Below, piece after piece: positions 7,670-17,059 of a stretch of DNA of 32,991 bases. Made by a program: the position numbers and the translations under genes. The notes under the pieces were generated by a model that was not told where the DNA came from, did no database searches, and saw only the letters and a list, made by a program, of their open reading frames with translations. Source of the DNA: a virus (lineage: Duplodnaviria; Caudoviricetes); IMG/VR virus record IMGVR_UViG_3300033480_000011, positions 1 through 32,991 of that record. The stretch is one strand, 5' to 3'. Within the stretch, counting starts at the first letter, position 1. Each line of letters begins with the position of its first letter.

Positions 7670-7852
7670 ATGCGCTGGTATTGGAAGCTGAATGCTCACC
7701 GTGATACGCGATGGGCACTAGCCGTAGCCTGGACCGGGGTGGCTCTAGCCGTCTTCGGTCTTGGCGGATGGACCGGGTGGGCGCTGGCCATCGCCTGGAT
7801 TCCGGCCGTCATCGACTGTCGCGCGATCAGGCTGGAATTGACGCACGCGTGA
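7670..7852 (+). CDS. Small membrane protein
   Basis: 60 aa, Trp-rich, two hydrophobic segments. Its stop overlaps the next start (GTGA). Confidence 0.6.
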   Translation: MRWYWKLNAHRDTRWALAVAWTGVALAVFGLGGWTGWALAIAWIPAVIDCRAIRLELTHA

Positions 7853-9135
7853 GCGGTGATATCGATTGGGTGATCGCCGTTCGGCGCGGCGAGGCCAACG
7901 AGGAGCTCCGATTCTCGATACGGTCTGTCGCGGCGAATGTCCGCGGAGTCCGCAACCTTGTGATTGCCGGATATCGGCCCGATTGGATCGCTGGCGCACG
8001 GCATATCGATGTACCGCAGGACGCCGGTGAGAAGTACGTCAACGCTGTACGTATCTGGCGCGCTGTCGCGAACGAATCGACGCTGTCTGACCGAATCGTC
8101 GTCGCGCATGATGATCTTTTCGTGATGGAGCCGACTGACGTCGTCGATCTGGTACCGCGCTACCGAGGTCGGCTCATCGCGCACATAGATCGAATCCGCG
8201 CGGAGGGCACGCAAACGGTCTGGCGCCAGAGTCTTGAGCGCACCCGCACGTGGTTGCGAGTACAGGGCCACACTCGACCGCTGTCGTACGCCGTGCACGT
8301 GCCGGTGTTGGTTGACCGGCGCCAGTTGGCCGAGACGTATATGCGTCTTGGCGACGATGCCGTACGCCGCAACGTCATGACCGTGCATGCCGCGCTGCAC
8401 GGCATCGTCGGCCGGCCGATCTCCGGTGACGTCAAGGTGTCCGGTGTGCTCGATGCGAAGCCCTGGCGCACGCTGCCACTACTGTCAACGAGCGATGGGT
8501 CTTTCTCCAATCACCCCGTTGGAGATCGGATCCGTAGAGCCTTCCCCGAGCCATCCCCGTGGGAGTCTGACCAGCCGAACTGGACTCCGCCGGTCGTCAA
8601 TGAGGAAATGGTCATTATGAATGGGTATATGTATCGGAACCGCAACACGGGCGACACGGTCACGTACGAGAGGCGTAACCCCCGGCTCGATCGGCTGTCG
8701 AACTGGGAGCTGATCGGCGCGCCGAAGGTCTCGCTGGCGCGAGCGAAGACGCGTGCGAGGGCACGAGCATGGAAGCGCGCCAGTGTTGCGCCGCGACTCG
8801 ACCTACCCGACCCACCCGAGCCAGCCATGCAAGCGTGGCTGGACTACCGCGGTCGCGAGTTCGAGCTGCCGACCGACGCGTCGCTGACGATGTATGACGG
8901 TACGCATACGCACAGCGTGCACCCCGCCACGGATCCTCCGAGCCAGGCGCGCACGCTGTGCGGCGGGCGAGCCTGGCCGACCAGGGCGCGCCAGTTTCCG
9001 GCGCCGGCCGACTGCGAGACTGTGACGTGCGCCGGTTGCCTGCGCGAGCAGGAAGGCGTGCCGGACGATTGGGAGCCAGCAATCGGCGAGCGGTCTGGCG
9101 AACGTCAAGTGGTCGAGCCTGAGACATTCGACTGA
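7849..9135 (+). CDS. Stealth-like sugar-phosphate transferase / glycosyltransferase with an unrelated C-terminal extension
   Basis: DIDWVIAV, NEELRFSIRSVAAN, PDWI and LSDRIVVAHDDLFVMEP resemble Stealth CR1/CR2 motifs. There is an internal RBS plus ATG at 8608/8617. Confidence 0.65.
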   Translation: MSGDIDWVIAVRRGEANEELRFSIRSVAANVRGVRNLVIAGYRPDWIAGARHIDVPQDAGEKYVNAVRIWRAVANESTLSDRIVVAHDDLFVMEPTDVVDLVPRYRGRLIAHIDRIRAEGTQTVWRQSLERTRTWLRVQGHTRPLSYAVHVPVLVDRRQLAETYMRLGDDAVRRNVMTVHAALHGIVGRPISGDVKVSGVLDAKPWRTLPLLSTSDGSFSNHPVGDRIRRAFPEPSPWESDQPNWTPPVVNEEMVIMNGYMYRNRNTGDTVTYERRNPRLDRLSNWELIGAPKVSLARAKTRARARAWKRASVAPRLDLPDPPEPAMQAWLDYRGREFELPTDASLTMYDGTHTHSVHPATDPPSQARTLCGGRAWPTRARQFPAPADCETVTCAGCLREQEGVPDDWEPAIGERSGERQVVEPETFD

Positions 9136-9194
9136 GGGATATCGATGTTCGGGATGACGGACGTGGTTCGCATGAGACCTGCGAGAATCAGACC

Positions 9195-9569
9195 ATGATG
9201 ATCGTGCACGCGACGGCGAGCGATTGGGATACCTACATCGGTACCGCGCACCCGGTCAACCTCACGGCGTTACTGCGCCGTGCGTCGCTGGACGTCGACG
9301 GCGAGCTGGTAGCTGCCGTGTACCGCTCGACCGACGCTGACGTGATCGCCGCGCTTGCTGAGGCGACGTGCGAGCAGGCGGCATTTCTCAAGTCACAGGG
9401 CGCTGGTGATGGTCAACGGACTCCATACAGCGCTGTATCGATTGGCTCGGTCGCCTTGTCGAAAAACAAGATCACCGACGATTCTGTCGGTACATTCTCC
9501 ACTCGCGCGTTTCAGATCTTGCAGTCTGCCGGCCTGACAGGGCAAGCTCCATCCACAGGTTGGGAGTGA
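9195..9569 (+). CDS. Head-to-tail adaptor
   Basis: 124 aa with LRRASLDVD, EATCEQA, SVSIG-like and AFQILQSAGL patterns; gene order. Confidence 0.75.
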   Translation: MMIVHATASDWDTYIGTAHPVNLTALLRRASLDVDGELVAAVYRSTDADVIAALAEATCEQAAFLKSQGAGDGQRTPYSAVSIGSVALSKNKITDDSVGTFSTRAFQILQSAGLTGQAPSTGWE

Positions 9570-9901
9570 GTCCTGTGGATATCCCCGACTTCCTGCTACA
9601 GCACACGATCTCCGTCGAGCCGTACGCCGGTGCGCGAGGCGACGGTGTGGAGACTTTCGGGGCGCCGGCAGACGTCGAGTGCTTCGTCGAAGAGAAGGTG
9701 CGCACCGTGCGTGCACCGACCGGCGAGGAAGTAGTGAGCGACGCAACGGCGTACGCACCGCTGGACACTGCGGCACCGGTACCGCGCTCGCGCGTCACCC
9801 TACCGTCCGGCAGGGTTGGGCGCGTCATCGTGGTACTACGACGGGACGGTGGAGACCTCCCCGTGCCGAGTCATCTTGAGATCGTCATTGGAGGGGCATA
9901 G
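9566..9901 (+). CDS. Head-to-tail stopper / head closure protein
   Basis: Beta-rich protein of about 111 aa following the adaptor; GTGA overlap. Confidence 0.7.
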   Translation: MSPVDIPDFLLQHTISVEPYAGARGDGVETFGAPADVECFVEEKVRTVRAPTGEEVVSDATAYAPLDTAAPVPRSRVTLPSGRVGRVIVVLRRDGGDLPVPSHLEIVIGGA

Positions 9902-10131
9902 TGGAGGTAATGACGTTCGGCGAGGCGCTTGAGTGCCTGCATGAGGGGCGACGCGTCTATCGTGGTGGCTGGAATGGCAGGGGTATGTGGCTGGCACTCC
10001 AAGCGCCGGACGAGAATTCCAAGATGCGTCGTCCGTACATCTACATGAGTCCGGTTGACGGCAATTTGGTGCCATGGGTTGCATCGCAGTCGGACCTGTT
10101 GGCGGACGACTGGATTGCGTTGGGCGACTGA
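9901..10131 (+). CDS. DUF2829 family protein (Tad2-like)
   Basis: MTFGEALECL..GRRVYRGGWNG.GMWL ... PWVASQSDLLADDW is the DUF2829 signature. Confidence 0.85.
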   Translation: MEVMTFGEALECLHEGRRVYRGGWNGRGMWLALQAPDENSKMRRPYIYMSPVDGNLVPWVASQSDLLADDWIALGD

Positions 10132-10133
10132 CG

Positions 10134-10487
10134 ATGGCGCAGCATGCGACGATCACGTGGACCGGCGATCAGGCTGTCGCTGAGATCGAGCGTGCGGCTG
10201 CGCACGGGTTGGCTTCCTGGGCCGAAGCTGTGCTCACTGAATCCAACGCGCATGTCCCGCTGGACGAGGGCACGCTTGAGCGTTCCGGCGTCGCACAGGT
10301 CGACGGCAACGAGCTGGCGGCTGCCGTCGACTACGACACCCCGTACGCCGTGCGTCAGCACGAAGACATGCAGGCGAGGCATGCGCCAGGGCGTAGCGCG
10401 AAGTACCTTGAGAACGCGCTCAACTCGACGCGCGAGAGTGGGCCAGAGCTGGTGGCTACCGCGATCCGGCGCGCTACCGGAGGGTGA
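10134..10487 (+). CDS. Neck / tail-completion protein (HK97 gp10-like)
   Basis: VPLDEGTLERSG, YDTPYAVRQHE and AKYLE motifs. Confidence 0.8.
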   Translation: MAQHATITWTGDQAVAEIERAAAHGLASWAEAVLTESNAHVPLDEGTLERSGVAQVDGNELAAAVDYDTPYAVRQHEDMQARHAPGRSAKYLENALNSTRESGPELVATAIRRATGG

Positions 10488-10491
10488 CGCG

Positions 10492-10935
10492 ATGGGATTC
10501 GAGTCCGACCTACTGACCGGCATCGCCGAACTGTTGGACGAGTATGGCGCCGGCAACTGGTCGCCGAACGCCGTACCGACCGCAGAACCCGCGATCGTCC
10601 TGGGCCGGATCCCGCAGTCGCCGGAACGGATCATCTCGCTCGCAGCCTACGGAGTGGCCACCGATTCGAAACTGACCGACTCCATCGTCGGGGTGCAGGT
10701 TCGGGTACGCGGATCGACAGCGCCCATGGCCGCGTCGGACATAGCGGATGACGTGTTCGATGCGCTGCACGGACAGACCGACGTCGAGCTTGGCGCCGGG
10801 ACGGCTCATGCGCTCTGGGTAGTGGCGATCGCCTGGCAATCCAGCGCCGACCTCGGACCGGACAGCAATGGTCGGTACGAACGCTCGGACAACTACTATG
10901 TGACTGTCAATCGGCCGTCGTTGCGGCTTGAGTAG
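10492..10935 (+). CDS. Tail terminator
   Basis: RBS GGAGGG; VQVRVRG and LGPDSNGRYERSDNYY; located before the tail tube gene. Confidence 0.75.
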   Translation: MGFESDLLTGIAELLDEYGAGNWSPNAVPTAEPAIVLGRIPQSPERIISLAAYGVATDSKLTDSIVGVQVRVRGSTAPMAASDIADDVFDALHGQTDVELGAGTAHALWVVAIAWQSSADLGPDSNGRYERSDNYYVTVNRPSLRLE

Positions 10936-10946
10936 GAGTGATCCAT

Positions 10947-11420
10947 ATGGCTACCGTCCCGCTTCAGACGGCGCTAGCGCGCAAGTGGAAAGTCGATGTC
11001 CGGGTCTCTGGCGTCTGGACTTCGGTCCGTGGGATCGCCGAGTGCAAGTGGGATCCACATCAGGCGTCTCTACAGGAGGACAACGTCTACGACGCCGAAG
11101 GTCGCAAGGGCGTCACGAAGACCGAGCTTGGGGCGGTCTGCGAACTGAAACTGTTGCGCAAGCACACGGCCGGCACGACTACGTACGACCCCGGCCAAGA
11201 AGCGCTCAGGGCTGCAGCGGCTGCGTTTGGCACAGACGGCGTCGCGTACGTCCGCATCTACGATCGCGACGGCGGGGCCGAGGCATGGGACATGTACGCC
11301 GAGGTCGGCTGGGCGGCCGACGGTGGCTCGACCGGCGACATTGAAAAGATCACGGCAACGCTGACCGACAAGGCCACGCTGACCGAGATCGACAACCCCG
11401 AAGCGTCGTCCGGTAGCTAG
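10947..11420 (+). CDS. Major tail (tube) protein
   Basis: 157 aa with ALARKWKVDV, DPGQEALR and VRIYDRDG; precedes the chaperones and tape measure. Confidence 0.85.
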   Translation: MATVPLQTALARKWKVDVRVSGVWTSVRGIAECKWDPHQASLQEDNVYDAEGRKGVTKTELGAVCELKLLRKHTAGTTTYDPGQEALRAAAAAFGTDGVAYVRIYDRDGGAEAWDMYAEVGWAADGGSTGDIEKITATLTDKATLTEIDNPEASSGS

Positions 11421-11437
11421 GCGACGGGTGCGATCGG

Positions 11438-11917
11438 ATGGGCTTTCAGGATCTTGACGCGGTGTTCGATGACACCCTGTCGCTGCCAATCGGCGACAGG
11501 GTGTACGTCGTACCTGCGCCTGACGCGGAGCTTGGACTCTGGTGTCAACGGATGATCTCGGCCGGCCTGATGATTCAGGCTGGCCAGACTCCGCCGGATA
11601 ACATGCCTGCGCTGACGCTCGACGATGGCGACGAAGAGGCGCTGTATCGGCGCATGCTCGGCGACACGTACAACGAGTTGATCAACGATGCCGTTTCGTG
11701 GCCACGTATTCAGCTGATCGGACAGACGGCGCTGTTATGGATCGGCTCTGGTAGGCCGCTCGCTGAGGAGTTCTGGAACAGCGGTGGCGACCCGGAAGCC
11801 TTCCCCCCGCTACGCAAGCCGTCGCGGGGGTCGACAAGTACGGCCGGGGTACGTACGACGAAACGACCGGCCTCTACGACTGGTACGAAATCCCGCCGGG
11901 CGACCTCGAGGCGCTAG
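11438..11917 (+). CDS. Tail assembly chaperone (gpG-like)
   Basis: Lies between tail tube and tape measure; basic low-complexity tail after FWNSGGDPEA. Confidence 0.8.
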   Translation: MGFQDLDAVFDDTLSLPIGDRVYVVPAPDAELGLWCQRMISAGLMIQAGQTPPDNMPALTLDDGDEEALYRRMLGDTYNELINDAVSWPRIQLIGQTALLWIGSGRPLAEEFWNSGGDPEAFPPLRKPSRGSTSTAGVRTTKRPASTTGTKSRRATSRR

Positions 11918-12126
11918 GGCGGCCCACGGTGACGTGGGAGGACATCCTTTCGCGTTGGCAGGCTGTCGAGTGCGATCTACGCAGCGAGTACGGGCTCGCG
12001 CTCGACGGTCGGGCATCCCTGCGCGCGCTTTCCTGGCGATCGCTACGCACACTCATCATCGGGCTGTGCCATGCTGATACGCGACTGGCCAGGGCGCTTG
12101 CCCCGTCCGATACGCCAGCCGGCTGA
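11791..12126 (+). CDS. Tail assembly chaperone -1 frameshift extension (gpGT-like)
   Basis: The -1 frame is open 11767-12126 (YGRGTYDETTGLYDWYE...WQAVECDLRSEYG). Candidate slippery site C CCG GAA at 11791-11797. Confidence 0.7.
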   Translation, partial: PGSLPPATQAVAGVDKYGRGTYDETTGLYDWYEIPPGDLEALGRPTVTWEDILSRWQAVECDLRSEYGLALDGRASLRALSWRSLRTLIIGLCHADTRLARALAPSDTPAG

Positions 12127-12138
12127 GGGGGTGGCTCG

Positions 12139-14130
12139 GTGGCTCTGAACGTCGGTGAGCTTGTCGCGCGGATGCGGCTCGACCAGAGCGAGATGGAAGC
12201 TGGCCAGGAAGAGGCGCAGGGTAGTTTCAAGGCGTTCGGCGGGAAGATCGAGGCTCTCGCGTTGGCGGCTGGCGCGGCCGCCGCGGTGGCGCTTGGCGCG
12301 GCACTGGTCGGCGCACTCAATCAGCAGCAGGTCGGCGGAAAGATTGCCGCCCAGTTCGGCGAGACTAGTAAAGAGGCTGGCTACTGGGGAAAGCTTGCGG
12401 GCGAGATCTATGCGGACAACTTCGGTGCATCGGTAACCGAGGTCGGCGATGCCATAGGTGCGATCAGAAAGCAAAATCTGATCGATGGGAACATGACTGC
12501 CGAAGAGGTTAAAAAGATCACTGAAAGCGCGCTGACACTCTCTGACGCTTTCGGTTACGGGGTGGCCGAAAGCTCGCGCGCGGCACAACAGATGATCATG
12601 AATGGATTGGTGCCCAGTGCCGAAGAGGCGTTCGACGTTATTGCGTTCGGCGCGCAGCATGGCATCGACAAATCAGAGGATTTGCTCGATACGTTCAACG
12701 AGTACTCGACTAAGTTCCGAGACCTCGGCATCGATGCCAAACAGGCACTCGGCTTAATGTCGCAAGGCCTTCAAGGTGGCGCACGAGACGCTGACACTGT
12801 GGCTGACTCGTTAAAGGAATTCGCCATCCGCGCCCGGGATGGCTCGAAGACCAGCGCTACAGCGTACAAAGCACTCGGACTTGACGCTGAAAAGATGACT
12901 GCCAAAATGGCGAAAGGCGGGAAGGGCGCCTCGGACGGATTACAAATCGTTCTCGACCGGTTGAGAGCGATGAAGGATCCTGTGGCGCGCGAAGCCGCTG
13001 CGGTAGGTTTGTTTGGCACCAAGGCTGAGGATCTAGGTAAAGCGCTGTTCAGTCTAGATCCTAAAACGGCGACCGACGGCATGGATAAGCTAGCCGGATC
13101 GACGGCACGTGCGGGCGAGGCTATGTATAACAACGCTGGCGCAAATCTGGAGACTTTCAAGCGAAAGCTGACAGAGGGTTTCGTTAGCGTCATTGGTGGC
13201 AAAGTAGTACCTGCATTGACAAGCATGTCGGAATGGTTACTCAAGCTTGGCGGTTTCTATAAAGAGAATCAAGCATGGCTAGAGCCGCTTGTCGTCGGGC
13301 TCGGCACTTTCGCTGGCGCAATCATCGCGATTGTCTACGCGCAAAAGCTTTGGATGGCCACCACGGCAGCCGTGAAGGGCGCATGGATGGCGCTAAACGC
13401 AAGCTTCGCCGGATCCCCTATTGGGTTGATAATCGTCGCGGTACTCGCGCTGGTCGCAGTATTCATCTACCTGTGGACGCACTGTGAGGGGTTCCGCAAT
13501 TTCTGGATTGGTCTCTGGGATGGAATCAAGAGCGTTGCGCTAGCCATAGCACATTGGTTCGCCGGACCATTTGCCAGATTCTTCGTCAGGGTATGGAACG
13601 GGCTAAAGTCTGGCGTCAGCGCAATGGTCAACTTTTTCAAGACCCGATGGAATCTGTTCACGGCGACCTTGGAGTCCGTGAAGACCAGAGTAGGCAAGAT
13701 ATTCTCAGCCATCGGTGGATTCATCTCCGGGTCATTCCGCAGCGCCGTCAGTATCGTGAAGGGTGCTATCAACGGAATGATCGGAGTCGTCAACGGCGCT
13801 ATCGGTGGACTCAACAAAATGATCGGTCTGGCCAACAAGATCCCTGGCGTCCATGTTCCCCACATTCCGACCATTCCCAAGCTCGCGCAGGGGGGCATCG
13901 TCTCGCCAACGCCAGGAGGTCGGCCAGTCATCATGGGCGACGGATCAGAGGTCGAGATCGGATTGCCGCTCTCGAAGCTCCGCGCGCTGGTTGGACTATC
14001 GGGTGGCGGCAGCGCTTCGACCGGCGGCACGCACGTGCTCGAACTTCGACTTGTGAGCGCAGGTCGCGCGATCCGGCGCATGATCCGGCTGGAGGGATCC
14101 GACCTCGGGACGCTAGGACTGGAGATCTGA
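12139..14130 (+). CDS. Tape measure protein
   Basis: 663 aa, Ala/Gly-rich and helical. MALNVGELVA start, DLLDTFNEYS..F and LFGTKAEDLG core, W/F periodic repeats. Confidence 0.93.
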   Translation: MALNVGELVARMRLDQSEMEAGQEEAQGSFKAFGGKIEALALAAGAAAAVALGAALVGALNQQQVGGKIAAQFGETSKEAGYWGKLAGEIYADNFGASVTEVGDAIGAIRKQNLIDGNMTAEEVKKITESALTLSDAFGYGVAESSRAAQQMIMNGLVPSAEEAFDVIAFGAQHGIDKSEDLLDTFNEYSTKFRDLGIDAKQALGLMSQGLQGGARDADTVADSLKEFAIRARDGSKTSATAYKALGLDAEKMTAKMAKGGKGASDGLQIVLDRLRAMKDPVAREAAAVGLFGTKAEDLGKALFSLDPKTATDGMDKLAGSTARAGEAMYNNAGANLETFKRKLTEGFVSVIGGKVVPALTSMSEWLLKLGGFYKENQAWLEPLVVGLGTFAGAIIAIVYAQKLWMATTAAVKGAWMALNASFAGSPIGLIIVAVLALVAVFIYLWTHCEGFRNFWIGLWDGIKSVALAIAHWFAGPFARFFVRVWNGLKSGVSAMVNFFKTRWNLFTATLESVKTRVGKIFSAIGGFISGSFRSAVSIVKGAINGMIGVVNGAIGGLNKMIGLANKIPGVHVPHIPTIPKLAQGGIVSPTPGGRPVIMGDGSEVEIGLPLSKLRALVGLSGGGSASTGGTHVLELRLVSAGRAIRRMIRLEGSDLGTLGLEI

Positions 14131-16316
14131 TGCCGTACCCAGAACAGGCACTCGGGTTTCGAGTTGAGATCGCGCCAGGGGCTGACCTCGCGACCGACCC
14201 TAGTACTTATAGCTGGACAGACGTCACGTCATCCTGGTGGCAGCGTGACGGGATCAAAATTAAGCGCGGGTGCGAGGATGAACAGGGGGTCGGCTCGACG
14301 ACCCTTGAGCTGTCCCTGCGTAACAATGACGGCGCTTTCTCGCTGGACAATGCTTCGTCCCCACATTGGCCAGGATGGGACATCGGGTGCCCTATCCGAG
14401 CTTCTATCGACCCACGGGACGGCTCTGGGTGGAGTGAGCGCTGTGTCTGCTACCTCGGCGAGGCTACGCAGGACTGGCCAGCCGGTACGCCGCATCTATG
14501 CATTGTCAAGGTGCGAGCTGATGGGATGTTCGTAAGGTTTGGAACTGGACGGATTCTCCGCTCACCATTAGAGCGTGCGATAACCGCAGACGCGCCAGCG
14601 TATTACTGGCCGATGACGGAAGGCGCTGAGGCTACTCAGTTCAACGCGCTGGTTGGCGGTACCCCGCTGGCGCTAACCGGAGTACCCGAGATGTCTTCGA
14701 TCGAGGGTTCATTGGGAGCGCCGAGCAATCTACCGCAGTTCATTAACGATGATTCGGATGACTACCTCGGTCACGGCTCGGTGGTAGTTAGTGACATTAG
14801 TGATACCAATTGGTGCATTGAATTCATCGTACGCGCGACGACCGATGCCGGACCATGGCCAGACAGCGCGATAGCTTCGGTGGCATCGGTCAAGTTTGCC
14901 AACGGCAATACGGATGACGTGAATATCGACATCTCTTACACCTTTGCGACCGGGGGATATGGAGTAACGATCAAATGGTCTGACGAATCGTCTACCGGAA
15001 TCGGTACGGTGACTACCAGGCCGCTATGGAACGGCGAGTGGCATTACCTCTGTATCGGGTTCAGGCAACTTGACGCAAGCAACATCAGGGTCTATCTGTA
15101 CGGCGATGACGACGGACTGGACTGGAGTGATCATGCCGGAGTGTTCGGCGATCCGGTATCGGTTGTCATTCCGAATCTGACGGTTTTCTGGCCACCGACC
15201 AAAGTCACGTCCCTGTCGTACGGTCATGTCGCCATCCATTCCGGTGTCTACGTTCCGCCGGGGGTGGCTGATAGATACGCTGCGATGAACGGCTGGATCG
15301 GTGAGACGGTGGACGAGCGTATCGATCGGCTCTGTACCGAGGAGAGCGTTACCGCCGACATCATCGGTACGTCGAACGTGACGATGGGCCCTCAGTCGAG
15401 CGCCCGACTGCTCGACCTCCTACGCGAGTGCGAGAAAACCGATCATGGCATTTTGGATGACTCGCACGGAGTCGTGGGGTACCGCTGCCGCAGTAACCTA
15501 TACAACCAAGCAGCCGCGCTCACAATCGACGCTGACGCTAGACAACTGGCATTGCCCTTCACGCCTAGTCGTGATGACCAAAAGCTCTACAATGTCGTGT
15601 CCGTGAGCCGACCCGGTGGTGGAAGCGCAATCGCCGAGGATGCCGCATCGATCGCGCGACACGGACGGCGTGAAGCTCCGAACACAGAGATCAACGTTGA
15701 CAGCGATGAAGTGTTGGAACAACACGCGGGATGGCTCGTCAACATCTGGTCGACATTGCGCACTCGATACCCAGAGCTGAGTGTCGACCTGCTTGTGTCT
15801 CCGACGCTCATCACTGACTTTCTGGCCATGCTCCTCGGTGATCGAATCGACGTGACCAATCCGCCGCGTTGGCACACTCAGAGCGTGATCGAACAGCAGG
15901 CGCGTGGTTGGGCAGAGACGTACGCAGGTAACCGCCGGGGTTGGCTCGTTACCGCCAATACCGTTTCGATCGACCCGTATCGCGTGGCCGTGATCGAGCC
16001 GAGCGATTCAGAGCCACCCCTGCGGCTGGACCTGAGCGGGCAGACGCTTGTGGCGGACTATGACGTCGGGGTTGACACGACGTTTCAGATTGCTACGGCG
16101 TCCGGCTATCCGCTCATGACTACCACGGCCACCTATCCGGCTGACTTTCCGTTCGATTTGAACGTGGCAGGCGCTCAAGTGCGGGTAACCGCAATCGTCG
16201 GCGCATCATCACCTCAGACGGTCACCTGTCAGGCGATTGCGGTAAACGGTGTGGTCAAGACAGCGCCCGCGGGCACGGTGCTTGGGCTCTGGCGTCCGGC
16301 TGTACTGGCGCTGTAG
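14130..16316 (+). CDS. Minor tail / baseplate protein with a LamG/concanavalin-like insert
   Basis: 728 aa, TGATG overlap with the tape measure gene. WTDVT, LRNNDGAFS, PAYYWPMTEG and WNGEWHYL motifs. Confidence 0.8.
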   Translation: MPYPEQALGFRVEIAPGADLATDPSTYSWTDVTSSWWQRDGIKIKRGCEDEQGVGSTTLELSLRNNDGAFSLDNASSPHWPGWDIGCPIRASIDPRDGSGWSERCVCYLGEATQDWPAGTPHLCIVKVRADGMFVRFGTGRILRSPLERAITADAPAYYWPMTEGAEATQFNALVGGTPLALTGVPEMSSIEGSLGAPSNLPQFINDDSDDYLGHGSVVVSDISDTNWCIEFIVRATTDAGPWPDSAIASVASVKFANGNTDDVNIDISYTFATGGYGVTIKWSDESSTGIGTVTTRPLWNGEWHYLCIGFRQLDASNIRVYLYGDDDGLDWSDHAGVFGDPVSVVIPNLTVFWPPTKVTSLSYGHVAIHSGVYVPPGVADRYAAMNGWIGETVDERIDRLCTEESVTADIIGTSNVTMGPQSSARLLDLLRECEKTDHGILDDSHGVVGYRCRSNLYNQAAALTIDADARQLALPFTPSRDDQKLYNVVSVSRPGGGSAIAEDAASIARHGRREAPNTEINVDSDEVLEQHAGWLVNIWSTLRTRYPELSVDLLVSPTLITDFLAMLLGDRIDVTNPPRWHTQSVIEQQARGWAETYAGNRRGWLVTANTVSIDPYRVAVIEPSDSEPPLRLDLSGQTLVADYDVGVDTTFQIATASGYPLMTTTATYPADFPFDLNVAGAQVRVTAIVGASSPQTVTCQAIAVNGVVKTAPAGTVLGLWRPAVLAL

Positions 16317-16330
16317 AAAGGGAGATCATT

Positions 16331-17047
16331 ATGGTTGTTCCTGCATACGCGGTAGCCGGACATGCACCTACCGCAGCCGAAGCGGCGACCGCCTTTGGCG
16401 GTGTCAATTTTCAAAAGATCACAAGCTCGGGCAACTGGGTGATGCCCGATGGCGCGCAATTTGTTCTTGTCGAACAGTGGTCCGGAGGTGGCGCCGGAGG
16501 TGGCGCGGCCAATCCGGGCGCAGGCAAGACAAGCCTCGGCGGAGGTGGGCAAGCGGGTAGCTATACGCGTAAATGGTTCGCCGCTTCTGCGCTAACAGCC
16601 ACGGTGGCTGTCACCATCGGGGCCGCAGGTGTCGGAGCGTCCGGCGCTACCGGCGGAGATGGTGGGGATACGACATTTGGTGCATACCTCACCACGCCCG
16701 GCGGTAAAGGTGGCGTCTATCGGGTGGCCAGCGCCAGCACCTATCAAGCCATGGGCGGTGCCGGCGTAACACCGGGCACCGACGGAGATGTCGATACGGT
16801 CGGGGCGCCGGGCAGCACCGGGTGCTCTACGACCACGGCACTCGGATATGGCGGCAACGGTGCATCGAGCTCCGTAGGCGCGGGTGGGCTCGGACGTAGT
16901 TGCGTCTCCGATAATCAATCTCTAGCAGGCGTAGCCGGTACGGGATATGCGGCTGGCGGAGGTGGCGCTTTCTGTTCCGGCACCGGTGCTGCCGTCGCTG
17001 GCGGTAACGGGACCAAAGGGCTTTGTATAGTAACCACATTCTGCTGA
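16331..17047 (+). CDS. Glycine-rich tail fibre / minor tail protein
   Basis: GGGAGG, GGGGQAGSY and GGDGGDTTFG glycine-rich domain pattern. Confidence 0.75.
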   Translation: MVVPAYAVAGHAPTAAEAATAFGGVNFQKITSSGNWVMPDGAQFVLVEQWSGGGAGGGAANPGAGKTSLGGGGQAGSYTRKWFAASALTATVAVTIGAAGVGASGATGGDGGDTTFGAYLTTPGGKGGVYRVASASTYQAMGGAGVTPGTDGDVDTVGAPGSTGCSTTTALGYGGNGASSSVGAGGLGRSCVSDNQSLAGVAGTGYAAGGGGAFCSGTGAAVAGGNGTKGLCIVTTFC

Positions 17048-17059
17048 CGGGATGGGCAT

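Noticed and set aside
13554-14129. 5' extensions in the ORF track (13554, 7711, 10144, 18100, 18399, 24967, 21395)
   Set aside because: They overlap upstream genes or RNA elements. Downstream starts with an RBS or stop-start coupling fit better.
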